A stretch of 64,000 nucleotides of DNA from Escherichia coli (lineage in GTDB: Bacteria > Pseudomonadota > Gammaproteobacteria > Enterobacterales > Enterobacteriaceae). Each line of letters starts with the position of its first letter. The stretch's first letter is position 1. The notes beneath the pieces are model-generated. The model searched no databases. It was given only the letters and a program-made list of their open reading frames with translations, and had not been told where the DNA came from. Of this stretch, positions 46,052 through 57,476 are shown in pieces. The translations under genes were made by a program, and so were the position numbers. The stretch lies in NCBI RefSeq assembly GCF_044647545.1, contig NZ_CP172818.1. One strand, given 5' to 3'.

Positions 46052-49000
46052 TTACACCTTTTCCACATTCACAAGGAAGGACTTAAACTCCGGCGTCTGC
46101 GTGTTCGCATCACCCACGAATGGCGTTAACGTATTGGCAATAAAGCCTTTTTTCGCAACGCCTTCATAGCCCCAGTGAATCGGAATACCGATGGTATCGA
46201 TATCTTTGCCGTTCGCTTTCAGCGTGCGAATACGTTTGGTCACCACCGCTTTGGCTTTGATATAGCCACGGTTGGAGGAGACTTTCACAGTATCGCCCTG
46301 GGCAATGCCAAGTTTATTCGCCAGCGACTCCCCGATTTCCACAAACTGCTCTGGTTGCAAAATCGCATTCAACAGCGCGTGTTTGGTCCAGTAGTGGAAG
46401 TGCTCGGTCAGACGATAGGTGGTTCCGACATACGGGAACTTATCGGCTTTACCCAATGCTTCGGCGTCGTCTTTAAAGATACGCGCAGCCGGGTTCGAGA
46501 TAACGTTTGGATGCAGCGGGTTAGTTCCCAGCGGCGTTTCAAACGGCTCGTAGTGTTCCGGGAACGGACCTTCCGCCATCTTATCGAGGGCAAACAGACG
46601 TCCCATGCCTTCCTGCTGCATGATAAACGGCCCTACGCCGCTGCCCGGAGGCGCTGCGCTGTAGTCCGGAATATCCCAGCCGGTCCACTTAGTGCCGTCC
46701 CATTTCAGCAACTGACGCTTCGGATCCCATGGGTTACCCTGCGGATCTGCGGAGGCGCGGTTATACAGAATGCGGCGGTTAAGCGGCCATGCCCATGCCC
46801 AGCCCAGCGTGTTACCGAGGCCAGACGGATCGGCGTTATCACGACGCGCCATCTGGTTACCTTCTGGCGTCCAGCTACCGGCGAAAATCCAGCAGCCACA
46901 GGAGGTCGTACCGTCATCGCGCAGTTGGGCGAACGAGCTAAGTTGTTGGCCTTTCTTGACGATAACCGCACCGGTTGCCGGATCGGTAATATCGGCCAGC
47001 GCCTTACCGTTGCTCTCCATCGCCACTTCTTCCGACTTCGGCTCATGCGGAATGGCGTAGTTCCAGGTCATATTCAGCACCTGGTCCGGGTTTGCGCCAC
47101 CCTGTTCGGCATACATCTTGCGCAAGCGCAGGAAGATACCGGAGAGGATCTCGCCATCAGTCAGCGCAATCCCTGGGGCGTCCGCACCTTTCCAGTGCCA
47201 CTGTAACCAGCGACCGGAGTTAACGATTGAACCGTTCTCTTCTGCGAAGCAAGTCGATGGCAGACGGAACACTTCGGTCTGGATCTTCGACGAGTCAACT
47301 TCGTTCAGCTCACCGTGGTTCTGCCAGAAGTTAGAGGTTTCAGTGTTCAGCGGGTCGATGGTGACGAGGAACTTCAGTTTCGACAGACAGCCGATCACTT
47401 TGTTTTTGTTCGGGAATGAGGCAACAGGGTTAAAGCCCTGGCAGATATAGCCATTGACCTTGCCCTCTTTCATCATCTCGAAGTATTGCAGGACGTCGTA
47501 GCCTTTATCCCACTTCGGCAACCAGTCAAAGCCCCAGTTATTTTCCGCCGTCGCTTTATCACCAAAGAAGGCCTTCATCATGGAGACGAAGAATTTCGGG
47601 TAATTGCCCCAGTAGTTAACCTGGCCTTCCAGCAGTGGTTTCGGCGTGTTGGCGGTAAGGTAAGTTTGCAGATCGGTCTGCTTCTCGCTTGGCAACGTCA
47701 TGTAACCTGGCAGACTCTGCGACAGCAGCCCCAGGTCGGTCAGCCCCTGAATATTGGAGTGACCGCGCAGGGCGTTAACGCCGCCGCCAGCCATCCCCAT
47801 ATTGCCGAGCAGCAGCTGGATCATCGCCATCGTACGAATGTTTTGCGCACCAATGGAGTGTTGCGTCCAGCCGAGGGCGTAGAGGAACGACGCTGTTTTA
47901 TCGTGAGCACTGGTTTCGGCGATGTATTCGCAGACTTTCAGGAACGCGTCTTTTGGCGTACCGCAGATGTTTTCAACCACATCTGGCGTATAACGGGAAA
48001 CGTGCTGTTTCAGCAAGTTCCACACGCAACGTGGATGTTGCAGCGTGGTATCGCGTTTGGCGAAGCCGTTTTCGTCCAGTTCGTAAGTCCAGGAGGATTT
48101 ATCGTACTTGCGTTTTTCCGCGTCGTAGCCGGTGAACAGGCCATCTTCAAAGCCGTAATCCTCACGCACGATCAGGCTGGCGTTGGTATAGGCTTCGGTG
48201 TATTCGCGGTTGAATTTTTCATTGTTCAGCAGGTACAGCAATACGCCTGACAGGAAAGCAATGTCAGTCCCGGAACGAATAGGGGCATAGTAGTCAGCCA
48301 CCGCCGCCGTACGTGTAAAGCGAGGATCGATCACAATCAGCTTCGCGCCGTTGTGAATTTTGGCTTCCATCGCCCAGCGGAACCCGACCGGGTGAGCTTC
48401 AGCGGCGTTACCGCCCATCACCACGACGAGGTTGGCATTCTTGATGTCGACCCAGTGGTTGGTCATCGCACCGCGACCAAATGTTGGAGCAAGACTTGCT
48501 ACCGTTGGTCCGTGTCAGACACGCGCCTGGTTGTCGACCGCGAGCATACCCAGCGCGCGGGAGAATTTTTGCGTTAAATAGCCGGTTTCGTTACTCGACG
48601 CGGAAGCACACAGCATCCCGGTGGAGAGCCAGCGGTTAACAGTCACGCCTTCGGCGTTTTGCGCAATGTAGTTCGCATCGCGGTCTTCTTTCATCAGTTT
48701 GGCGATGCGATCAAACGCCTCTTCCCAACTGATTTGTTGCCATTTATCAGAACCTGGCGCACGGTATTCCGGAAACTTCAGGCGGCTTTCGGAGTGGATG
48801 AAATCCACCAGGCCAGCGCCTTTCGGACAAAGTGCTCCGCGGTTGACCGGGTGATCCGGGTCACCTTCGATATGGAAGATAGATGCTTTGGCGTTTTTTG
48901 CTCCGTCACCGAGGCTGTACATCAACAGCCCACAGCCTACGGAACAATAGGTGCAGGTATTACGGGTTTCGCGGGTGCGCAGCAGTTTATACTGCCGGGT

Positions 49001-49102
49001 TTCCGCGAGTGCTACGCTGGGTGCAAAACCCAGTGCCGCTGCCGTGGTGCCTGCCATACCGCCAGCGCAGATCTTAAAGAACTGCCTTCTGCTGACCTGC
49101 AT
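46052..49102 (-). CDS. fdoG: Formate dehydrogenase-O major (molybdopterin/selenocysteine) subunit; in-frame TGA at 48515-48517 read as selenocysteine
   Basis: ORFs 48515..49102 (Tat signal RRQFFKICAGGMAGTTAAALG) and 46052..48466 are in the same frame, separated only by one TGA; combined length ~1016 aa. Confidence 0.93.
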
Positions 49103-49295
49103 GGATTGCTCCTTGTTTCGACATTGTCACGTCCCATTTACATTCGCTTGCTGCGTGTGCAGGGAGTGGGAGTTATTTTTCTTTGCGGAAGGGGCCGCAA
49201 AGGTCCAGAATTGGCTCAATTTCCCTCCATCCAGGAAGGGTTTGTAACAGAATACCATAATGTTGGTGTGTGTGTTCTTATCTGGTTAAGAGAAA

Positions 49296-50129
49296 GTGAA
49301 AAAAACACAGCAAAAAGAAATCGAAAATGTGACAAGTGTCACAGGTGTTCGTCAAATTGAGTTATGGCGGCGTGATGATTTACAACACCCACGGTTAGAT
49401 GAGGTGGCGGAAGAGGTTCCCGTTGCGCTGGTCTACAACGGCATTTCGCATGTAGTGATGATGGCGTCACCCAAAGACCTTGAGTACTTTGCGCTCGGTT
49501 TTTCGCTTTCCGAGGGGATTATCGAAAGTCCGCGCGATATCTTCGGTATGGATGTCGTTCCTTCCTGTAATGGTCTGGAAGTGCAAATTGAGCTTTCCAG
49601 CCGCCGCTTTATGGGGTTGAAGGAGCGTCGCCGGGCACTGGCGGGACGTACGGGATGTGGCGTGTGCGGCGTGGAGCAACTTAATGACATCGGAAAACCG
49701 GTGCAGCCGCTACCGTTCACCCAGACGTTTGATCTCAACAAACTGGATGATGCATTACGTCATCTCAATGATTTTCAGCCAGTGGGGCAACTGACCGGTT
49801 GTACTCACGCCGCCGCCTGGATGTTGCCATCTGGCGAACTGGTCGGCGGGCATGAAGACGTGGGTCGCCATGTGGCGCTGGACAAACTGTTAGGCCGCCG
49901 GTCACAAGAAGGGGAAAGCTGGCAGCAAGGTGCGGTGCTGGTTTCCAGCCGTGCCAGTTATGAAATGGTGCAAAAGTCAGCGATGTGTGGCGTAGAGATT
50001 TTGTTTGCGGTGTCTGCCGCGACCACGCTTGCCGTAGAAGTGGCTGAGCGCTGTAATCTGACACTGGTAGGTTTTTGTAAACCGGGTCGGGCAACGGTTT
50101 ATACCCATCCGCAGCGTTTGAGCAATTAA
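49296..50129 (+). CDS. fdhD: Sulfurtransferase FdhD (formate dehydrogenase maturation)
   Basis: 277 aa ORF; synteny divergent from fdoGHI. Confidence 0.92.
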   Translation: MKKTQQKEIENVTSVTGVRQIELWRRDDLQHPRLDEVAEEVPVALVYNGISHVVMMASPKDLEYFALGFSLSEGIIESPRDIFGMDVVPSCNGLEVQIELSSRRFMGLKERRRALAGRTGCGVCGVEQLNDIGKPVQPLPFTQTFDLNKLDDALRHLNDFQPVGQLTGCTHAAAWMLPSGELVGGHEDVGRHVALDKLLGRRSQEGESWQQGAVLVSSRASYEMVQKSAMCGVEILFAVSAATTLAVEVAERCNLTLVGFCKPGRATVYTHPQRLSN

Positions 50130-50281
50130 TTAAAATAAGTCCTGCGAGATATATTAAATTGCAGGACTTATTCATTTCGTGAATTTTATTATTTTATTTA
50201 TAAACAAAACGCGTGTAGTGGCGTTTTCTTTTTTCATTTATTATGTTCACTCTCTTATCTATATATTTATAAGGCAATTAA

Positions 50282-51337
50282 ATGAAAAGGAATTTATTAT
50301 CTTCCGCTATTATAGTCGCCATCATGGCCCTCGGTCTCACGGGTTGTGATGATAAAAAAGCCGAAACAGAAACGCCCCCGCCTGCCAATAGTCAACCTGC
50401 CGCACCAGCTCCTGAAGCGAAACCTGCTGAAGCTCCCGTTGCAAAAGCAGAAGTTAAACCTGAAACGCCTGCCCAACCGGTGGTCGATGAACAAGCGGTT
50501 TTCGACGAAAAAATGGATGTCTATATCAAGTGCTACAACAAGTTACAGATCCCGGTACAGCGCAGTCTGGCGCGTTATGCTGACTGGCTGAAAGATTTTA
50601 AACAGGGGCCTACCGGTAAAGAGAGTACTGTTTATGGCATCTACGGCATTAGTGAATCCAGCCTCGCTGAGTGTGAAAAAGGCGTAAAAAGTGCTGTGGC
50701 GTTAACGCCTGCGCTGCAACCTATTGATGGCGTAGCGGTGAGTTATATCGATGCTGCCGTGGCGTTGGGTAATACCATTAACGAAATGGATAAATATTAC
50801 ACCCAGGAAAATTATAAAGACGATGCGTTTGCGAAAGGGAAAACGCTGCACCAGACATTCTTAAAAAATCTGGAAGCCTTTGAACCTGTAGCCGAATCTT
50901 ATCATGCGGCGATCCAGGAAATTAATGATAAGCGTCAGCTTGCGGAACTGAAAAATATTGAAGAAAGAGAAGGGAAAACATTCCACTACTATTCTCTGGC
51001 AGTCATGATTTCAGCGAAACAAATTAATAACCTGATATCGCAAGAGAAGTTTGATGTTGATGCGGCAATGAAGAAAGTGTCTGAACTGGAAACGCTGGTG
51101 GCGCAGGCCAAAGAAGCGGATAAAGGCGGCATGAATTTCTCGTTTATTAATTCGGCAGGCCAGTATCAACTCGAGGCTAAAAAATACGTTCGCCGCATCA
51201 GAGATAAAGTCCCGTACTCTGACTGGGATAAAGAGCAACTTCAGGACGCAAACTCAAGCTGGATGGTCGAAGACTCTTTCCCGAGAGCATTACGCGAGTA
51301 CAACGAAATGGTCGATGATTATAATCGCCTGCGTTAA
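50282..51337 (+). CDS. yiiG: Lipoprotein YiiG (DUF3829)
   Basis: 351 aa ORF, lipobox LGLTGC, Pro/Ala-rich linker. Confidence 0.85.
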   Translation: MKRNLLSSAIIVAIMALGLTGCDDKKAETETPPPANSQPAAPAPEAKPAEAPVAKAEVKPETPAQPVVDEQAVFDEKMDVYIKCYNKLQIPVQRSLARYADWLKDFKQGPTGKESTVYGIYGISESSLAECEKGVKSAVALTPALQPIDGVAVSYIDAAVALGNTINEMDKYYTQENYKDDAFAKGKTLHQTFLKNLEAFEPVAESYHAAIQEINDKRQLAELKNIEEREGKTFHYYSLAVMISAKQINNLISQEKFDVDAAMKKVSELETLVAQAKEADKGGMNFSFINSAGQYQLEAKKYVRRIRDKVPYSDWDKEQLQDANSSWMVEDSFPRALREYNEMVDDYNRLR

Positions 51338-51386
51338 ACGTTTTTGATGATAAATGCAGTGTCGGATGCGGCGCATCCGACACAGT

Positions 51387-53135
51387 TCACCCCTTGTGAA
51401 GTAACTCCATAAATGCCTCATATCCTGTTAACCCGGCAATAACCTCTGCCGGATGCTGACACAATACGCTTGCCAGATAGCTAAATATTTTTAGCTCATG
51501 ACGCGCATCGGCGGCGGCGCAGGCGATCAAAACATGGTTAATGACTTCGTTATTCACCTCAACTGATTGGGCGAGGGTAATAAAAAATCCACGAAAACGT
51601 CGCTCCTGTTCGCTCCAGCAATGTGGGATGGCGAGGCGATTAACAATCAGGTTTTCACCTTCGCCTTCGCGGGCGATGATCCGTTGCGCTTCATCGGCGG
51701 TAATATGGTGTTGTGCGACTAATTGAGCACAAATTTGCCGGGTAATATGTTGCCAGCTTTCACCGCGTACATTCGAATAATGAAAACTTCCGGGGGCAGA
51801 GAAAAAACGCTCCGGTTGCCGGCGAATAAACGCCGTCGCCAGAAAATGTTTTATTTGTTCGATACCGGCGGCAGTAATAATGTTTTTTACGGTGATGCAA
51901 TTATTGACCGCATCATCCAGTAAATAATGGCTGTTATTAATGATCAATAACGGCTCAATCTCTTCGCGAATGGCAACCAGTTCGCTTACGCTGCGGGCAA
52001 TAATCACCCGACAATTCAGGACATCGCGCTCAATGGCGAGCTGATTAATAGTAGCAATCGCGTTCTGATCAGAGAGCAAAATGATCGGCTGGCGTTCGTT
52101 TTGATGCCGTTCCAGCGCACAGGCAAAATACAAACCAATCAGATCGCTGTCGAAAAGGGGAATATCGAGTTGTTCACGCAGTAGCGTAATAAAGTGCAGA
52201 CTCATATCAAAGGCCGCAGGCCAGGCGGCTTTCAGGTTATTCATGCTGCTTTGGCGGTGCTCGGCAATCCACACCGGTGCGGCAAGGCAACGTAATAAAT
52301 GCCCGGTAATATTCTCAACCAACTGCGTATCAATAATATTCAATGACGCGATGCCTGGCACCCTTTGCAGCAACCCCAGCACATGATCGGCAGAAATTAC
52401 CTGCGCTTGCTGATGCTGTTTCTCTATCAAACCTGTCAGGGTTCTTACAGCGTTATCACCAAGAAACAGGCCGCTCTGTTCAACGATTTGTTTTATCTCG
52501 TCACCGGGATATTGCGGCCACTCATCGGTCAGTTGATTACGCAGGGCGTAAATCGCCAGAATCAGGCTTGAGAGATAGTCGCCTTGCATCAGCGGCCAGC
52601 GACGTTGCTTTTCGCAGGCGGTGGTTAATTGTTGAAAATTGTCTCGTGTTACGCCCGACAGCGGAATTAAAAACGGATCTTTGCGTAAAAGATTCGCCAG
52701 CAAAATAATGCGTTTCTCTTCTGTCTCATCAATGAAATGGCCCAAACCAGGGCGACTAGCGAGACAAAAACCGCGTTCATAGCGCTGTTTCAGGCGGGGC
52801 AGGCGCTCTGCTACCCACGTTTCTGGCAAATTAAGCGCCGAGGCGAGTTGCGCACGGGGAGTGAAGGTATTCAGTAATAACAGCGCCAGCAGCCGATCGT
52901 CGTTATCGTGCTTTTGCAGCAACTGAAAAAAGCTGCGGCGCTCGAAGATTTCCAGCTGATAGCCCGCGTTGCCACTGGCGGAAATGCGGGCTTTGCCGTT
53001 AAGGGTAAAGTTGAGATAGTCAATATCACGCAGGATGGTCCTGCCGGAAACGCCAGTCTGTTGCGCCAGCTCGCCAGGCGTGCGTGGCTGTTGCTTCAGC
53101 AGATCGACAATCTTTAACTGGCGTTCGTTTAGCAT
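51387..53135 (-). CDS. frvR: Putative frv operon regulator FrvR (HTH plus PTS regulation domains)
   Basis: 582 aa ORF; synteny downstream of frvABX. Confidence 0.88.
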   Translation of the reverse strand: MLNERQLKIVDLLKQQPRTPGELAQQTGVSGRTILRDIDYLNFTLNGKARISASGNAGYQLEIFERRSFFQLLQKHDNDDRLLALLLLNTFTPRAQLASALNLPETWVAERLPRLKQRYERGFCLASRPGLGHFIDETEEKRIILLANLLRKDPFLIPLSGVTRDNFQQLTTACEKQRRWPLMQGDYLSSLILAIYALRNQLTDEWPQYPGDEIKQIVEQSGLFLGDNAVRTLTGLIEKQHQQAQVISADHVLGLLQRVPGIASLNIIDTQLVENITGHLLRCLAAPVWIAEHRQSSMNNLKAAWPAAFDMSLHFITLLREQLDIPLFDSDLIGLYFACALERHQNERQPIILLSDQNAIATINQLAIERDVLNCRVIIARSVSELVAIREEIEPLLIINNSHYLLDDAVNNCITVKNIITAAGIEQIKHFLATAFIRRQPERFFSAPGSFHYSNVRGESWQHITRQICAQLVAQHHITADEAQRIIAREGEGENLIVNRLAIPHCWSEQERRFRGFFITLAQSVEVNNEVINHVLIACAAADARHELKIFSYLASVLCQHPAEVIAGLTGYEAFMELLHKG

Positions 53136-54211
53136 TAATCCACCTGACGGAACTGGCTAAACGCGTTGACTTTCTCCGCGGTTAAGGTGGTCAGAAAATC
53201 CCTTATCAACGTGAGCAGAGCATCGTAATCGGCTTTTGAAATCATACCGCTATTGGCGTGCAGATAACGCGTTGGCAGACACAGCGCGACAACTGGACGC
53301 CCGCCGCCCATCACGTTGTAGCGCCCGCCATCCGTCGCTCCGGTTTTCATGGTGGAAAATTGCAGCGGTAAATCGTTATGTGCGGCACAGCTTTTTAACG
53401 CCGCCACCAGTTTCTGGTTGGGGAAGTAGCGCTTGTCAAACAGCATCAGCCCCGGCCCCTGGCCCAGTTTCAGCGGGTATTTTATGTTATCAATGCCCGG
53501 AACATCGCCCGCTACGGCGGTATCCAACACGATCACGACGTCCGGTTTAATGTGTTCCGCCGAGGTTTGTGCCCCGCGTAGCCCAACTTCTTCTTCCACG
53601 CTGCCGACGCCATACAGCGTAATTTCGGGGTTATTTACTGTCTGTAGTAGCTCAGCCATCATCGCGCAGCCGATGCGGTTATCCAGCGCCTTGCCGACCA
53701 CTTTATCTTCGCCCCAGCAGGCAAAATTGGCTTCCGGGCTAATAAAATCGCCAATTTCCACGCCGCGCTTTTCCACCTCTTCGCGACTGTTCGCGCCAAT
53801 ATCAATGAACATCTCATCAAATGACAGCGGTTGTTGCTTTTGCTTTTCGGTTAACGCATGAGGCGCGACGGAACCAATCACACCAGGGATTTTCACTCCC
53901 TTGTGTGTGCGTATGGTTACCCGGTGGTTGAGCATCGACTGATTCCACCAGCCACCAATGGTGGTGAAACGCAAAAAACCGCTCTCGTCGATGTGGGTGA
54001 CCATAAAGCCGACTTCATCCATATGCCCGACAACGGCAACTTTTGGCCCTTTATTCCCCTTACGGGCAACAAAGCTGCCCAGACCATCAAAGGTGATCTC
54101 ATTAACGCAAGGTTCCAGCGTGTTTATCAGAATGTCGCGAACTTCCTGTTCATCGCCGCTGACGGCGCTGGCTTCGCACAACTGTTGCAGTAACTCAATG
54201 TTCATGGACAA
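53135..54211 (-). CDS. frvX: M42-family aminopeptidase/cellulase-like protein FrvX
   Basis: 358 aa ORF; synteny. Confidence 0.88.
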   Translation of the reverse strand: MSMNIELLQQLCEASAVSGDEQEVRDILINTLEPCVNEITFDGLGSFVARKGNKGPKVAVVGHMDEVGFMVTHIDESGFLRFTTIGGWWNQSMLNHRVTIRTHKGVKIPGVIGSVAPHALTEKQKQQPLSFDEMFIDIGANSREEVEKRGVEIGDFISPEANFACWGEDKVVGKALDNRIGCAMMAELLQTVNNPEITLYGVGSVEEEVGLRGAQTSAEHIKPDVVIVLDTAVAGDVPGIDNIKYPLKLGQGPGLMLFDKRYFPNQKLVAALKSCAAHNDLPLQFSTMKTGATDGGRYNVMGGGRPVVALCLPTRYLHANSGMISKADYDALLTLIRDFLTTLTAEKVNAFSQFRQVD

Positions 54212-55652
54212 GCTCCTGTTGCGCAGCTTTGGCTTTGCGGCGTAACCATAATCCTTTCAGGACGATAATGAATGAAATGTTCAGCGCGAGGCCAATCGCC
54301 AGCACCAGGTAAAACGAACCTACCGGCGACATCAGGCCGATCAGCGGGTCAAAGATACCCAAACCAGGTGCCAGTCGTTTGATTCCGAAAGCGATCACCA
54401 GCACGCCGGTAATGCCGCCCGCCAGCGTATTGGCGGTGATCATTGGCAGTGGTGCCGCCAGAGCGTAAGGAATAGCCGGTTCGGTCGCGACCGTGGCACC
54501 GACCACAATGGCGCTACTGGCGGCTTCTTTTTCCTGTTGAGTAAACAGCTTGGGCGCAATGAACGTCGCAAGACCCGCCGCGACAGGCGGCATCAGCGCG
54601 ACAACGCCGACGATGGCGTACCAGTCGTAAATGTGTTTTTCCAGCAGTGAGAAGCAGAAGAACCAGGCGGTTTTATTGATAGGACCGCCCATATCGAACG
54701 CCAGCATCGCACCGACCAAAAACGCTGCCGCAAACTTCATTGACGGAGGAATGGTGTTCAGGAAGTGCAGCAACCCGCCCATGAGGTCGGACATCACCGG
54801 TCCGATAACGTAGTAAGTCAGTACGCCGAAAACCAGCAGAGTGACGAACGGGATCAGCATGGAACCGAGCAGCGGTTGTAATGCTTTGCCAAGGCGCACT
54901 TTACGGAACCAGAAGACGAAATAGCCAATCGCCAGCCCCAGCACCACCGCACCGAGGAAGCCCGCGCCAGACTGGGTGCCGAGCAGGGCTTTGTCATTCG
55001 CCAGATAGCAAACCAGAAACGCCGGAGCGAAAGCCGGTTTATCGGCAATCGACGAGGCAATATAAGCGCCCATGATGGGGATCATAAAGGTGAAGCCGAG
55101 ATAACCGATGGATTCCACCACCCAGGTAAACGACGGCGCGCCTTTCGACATATCGGTATACGGCAAACCGAACTGCACCAGCATGTTGGCAAGCGCCACC
55201 AGGATACCGCCACCGATGACAAACGGCAGCGCCGCAGAAACACCCGCCATCAGATGGCTCATTACGCTGCCACTTTGCACTTCCTGTTTGCCGAGCTTCA
55301 CGCCGCTATCTGCGGCAAAAAGCTGCGAGTTTGTCGGTAATTCACTGAAAATCTGGTCGATATTTTTCAGCGCCTGGGAGATGGCAATCTCATAAACCTT
55401 TTTCCCGGCAAATCGCGCGCGATCATCACCGCTCAGGCCACGCCCGGTAGCGAGAATCACGTAATCGGCAGCGGCAATCTCTTCGCTGGATAAGCGGTTT
55501 TCGATGCCGCTTGATCCTTGAGTTTCAACTTTAATGGTATGACCGAGAGAACGGGCTTTCTGTTCCAGGGCTTCCGCCACCATGTAGGTGTGAGCGATCC
55601 CGGCGGGGCAGTTGGTGATCGCGACAATACGTAAGGATGACTCCATCGCCAC
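54195..55652 (-). CDS. frvB: Fructose-like PTS EIIBC component FrvB
   Basis: 485 aa ORF, N-terminal EIIB Cys motif (ITNCPAGIAHTYM) and polytopic EIIC domain. Confidence 0.9.
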   Translation of the reverse strand: MAMESSLRIVAITNCPAGIAHTYMVAEALEQKARSLGHTIKVETQGSSGIENRLSSEEIAAADYVILATGRGLSGDDRARFAGKKVYEIAISQALKNIDQIFSELPTNSQLFAADSGVKLGKQEVQSGSVMSHLMAGVSAALPFVIGGGILVALANMLVQFGLPYTDMSKGAPSFTWVVESIGYLGFTFMIPIMGAYIASSIADKPAFAPAFLVCYLANDKALLGTQSGAGFLGAVVLGLAIGYFVFWFRKVRLGKALQPLLGSMLIPFVTLLVFGVLTYYVIGPVMSDLMGGLLHFLNTIPPSMKFAAAFLVGAMLAFDMGGPINKTAWFFCFSLLEKHIYDWYAIVGVVALMPPVAAGLATFIAPKLFTQQEKEAASSAIVVGATVATEPAIPYALAAPLPMITANTLAGGITGVLVIAFGIKRLAPGLGIFDPLIGLMSPVGSFYLVLAIGLALNISFIIVLKGLWLRRKAKAAQQELVHEH

Positions 55653-55656
55653 TTCC

Positions 55657-56103
55657 TTATGAGCTGAGGGTTTGATTTAACAAAGCAAGTACCTGGTCGG
55701 CGTCGCCCTGTCGCAGTTGGTTGATAAAATCCTGGTGGATAATTTTGCGGCACAGCGTGCCGATGATTTTGACCTGTTCCTCTTCGCCACTTTGTGGCAC
55801 GCCGAGGCAGATCCAGCAATTGACGTCTTCGCCATCGCTGGCCTGCCAGTCAATGGCCTGCGTTTTGCGGGCGAATAACACGAACGGTTGTTTAACGCAG
55901 GCGCTTTTACCGTGCGGCACGGCGACACCGGAACCAAATCCCGTGGAGTGCATTTTTTCGCGCAGCAGCAGGGTTTGCAGGAACTGGTGTGAGTCGGTGA
56001 TAAAACCGTTTTGTAACGCCATTGTCGCCAACTGCTTCAGAACGGAATAAGCGCCATTGCCCTGAATATTCAGGTCAATACAGCTTGCAGTAAGTGCTGC
56101 CAT
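55657..56103 (-). CDS. frvA: Fructose-like PTS EIIA component FrvA
   Basis: 148 aa from MAALTASCIDLNIQ..; EIIA(Fru/Mtl) family with conserved His region (GVAVPHGKS). Confidence 0.9.
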   Translation of the reverse strand: MAALTASCIDLNIQGNGAYSVLKQLATMALQNGFITDSHQFLQTLLLREKMHSTGFGSGVAVPHGKSACVKQPFVLFARKTQAIDWQASDGEDVNCWICLGVPQSGEEEQVKIIGTLCRKIIHQDFINQLRQGDADQVLALLNQTLSS

Positions 56104-56539
56104 TATTGGATTCCATGAAAAAATATAATAGTTAATTGTAACGGCGGGGCGGTTTTGTGATGAGCGCGGATATGTCGTGAAGTCGTGACAATATAAGGCA
56201 GAGTGAAGGATAAATTTTGCGGTGTAAGGCACATATTGATGGGTAAAATAAAGCAGTGAATAAAAAATCATTATTTAATGATGTTGTGAATGTTTAACTG
56301 CCGCACATGTTTTGCAGCAAGGTTATTTATATTTGTGGCTTATGAGTCAGCGTGAATTATATCTAATATTTTTAACGATATTTGGTTAAAAACGGCACTA
56401 TTGTTTATTCCTCAGTTCCAGAAATCAGCGGATTTACTCATATTATACGATACTATCCATCGCCTCTAAGTTGATTAAAAATTCGAAATCACACCTTATA
56501 TTTCTCTATAACTATTCCTTTTGAAACATCTCTTTTTTT

Positions 56540-57125
56540 GGGGAAGAAAAAAAAAAAAAACATTTGTTTGGGGAGGAGAGGGAAAAAAAAAAATTAAGGG
56601 AACAACGAGATTGTGGAAGAAGCCGGAGAGAAAAAAGCGGCAAAAAAAGAGAGAGAGGGGGAAAAAAAGCAGACAAAAAAAGGGAGACGGAAAAAGAGCG
56701 CGAGAAGGGGAAAAAGAGGAGAAGCGGGGAGCGAGAAAAAAAAACCCACCTCTCTTCTTCTCTGGGAAAAAAAAGCGGGAAAATAAAGGGAAAAGAAGGG
56801 GGGAGAAGAGTGGAGAAGACCACAAAAGAGAGGAGTGTTGTTGGAAAGAGAAGAAGTCGCGGGGTCCCCCGCAGGGGGGAGGGGGAGAAAAAGGGGTGTT
56901 TTCGCAAGAAAAAGAAGAAGGAAAGAAGGGGGGAGTGCCGGAGGAAGTGTGAGTAGAAAAACGAATGAGGGGGGAGCTATATGAAAGAAGGGGCGGGGGC
57001 AGGGGGTCATTCGGAAAAAAAAAAGAATGTTGAAAAAAAAGAAAGAAAAGGAAAAATTAAAGAAGAAAAGAGGAGGGGAGGGAGAAAGAAAATTCGGGAT
57101 GCGGGGCAGGAGGGTGCGCGGTGCT
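56540..57125. other. Anomalous ~590 bp polypurine (A+G) low-complexity tract
   Basis: Directly visible: GGGGAAGAAAAAAAAAAAAAA..GGGGAGGAGAGGGAAAAAAAAAAA..; plus strand almost devoid of pyrimidine runs; overlapping ORFs in several frames encode only low-complexity K/E/R/G or P/S/F/L peptides. Confidence 0.9.
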
Positions 57126-57152
57126 GGATATTTTCCGGCACTTCGCAACTCA

Positions 57153-57467
57153 TTAAGGCAGGTAAAACACTTCTTGCAGCTCGCTACTGACTGGGCTGTT
57201 ATCCGGGTTAGCTGGCATAACGTCGGTCATATATTTCCACCAACGTTGGCAAACATCAGTACTGGCTACCGCATTCCACCGTTCTTCAGATTCAATCTCT
57301 ACCGTGGCAAACAGCAGATTACGCGCTTTGTCGAGGTAAATGGCGTAGTTATGTGCACCGTGAGATTTCAACACTGCTTCCAGTTCCGGCCAGATTGGAT
57401 TATGCCGACGCTGATACTCTTCGTGGGCGTCGGGGTTAACCTGCATGACAAAGGCTTTGCGGATCAT
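57153..57467 (-). CDS. rhaM: L-rhamnose mutarotase
   Basis: 104 aa [41 protein letters not shown].. Confidence 0.93.
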
Positions 57468-57476
57468 GTTTGCTCC

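Noticed and set aside
56521-57148. Several overlapping ORFs (e.g. 56594..57148 minus, 184 aa; 56521..56952 plus, 143 aa; 56564..56956 plus) inside the polypurine tract
   Set aside because: They encode only low-complexity K/E/R/G-rich or P/S/F/L-rich peptides in mutually overlapping frames, as expected from translating a purine/pyrimidine-biased tract; no start context, no domain-like sequence.
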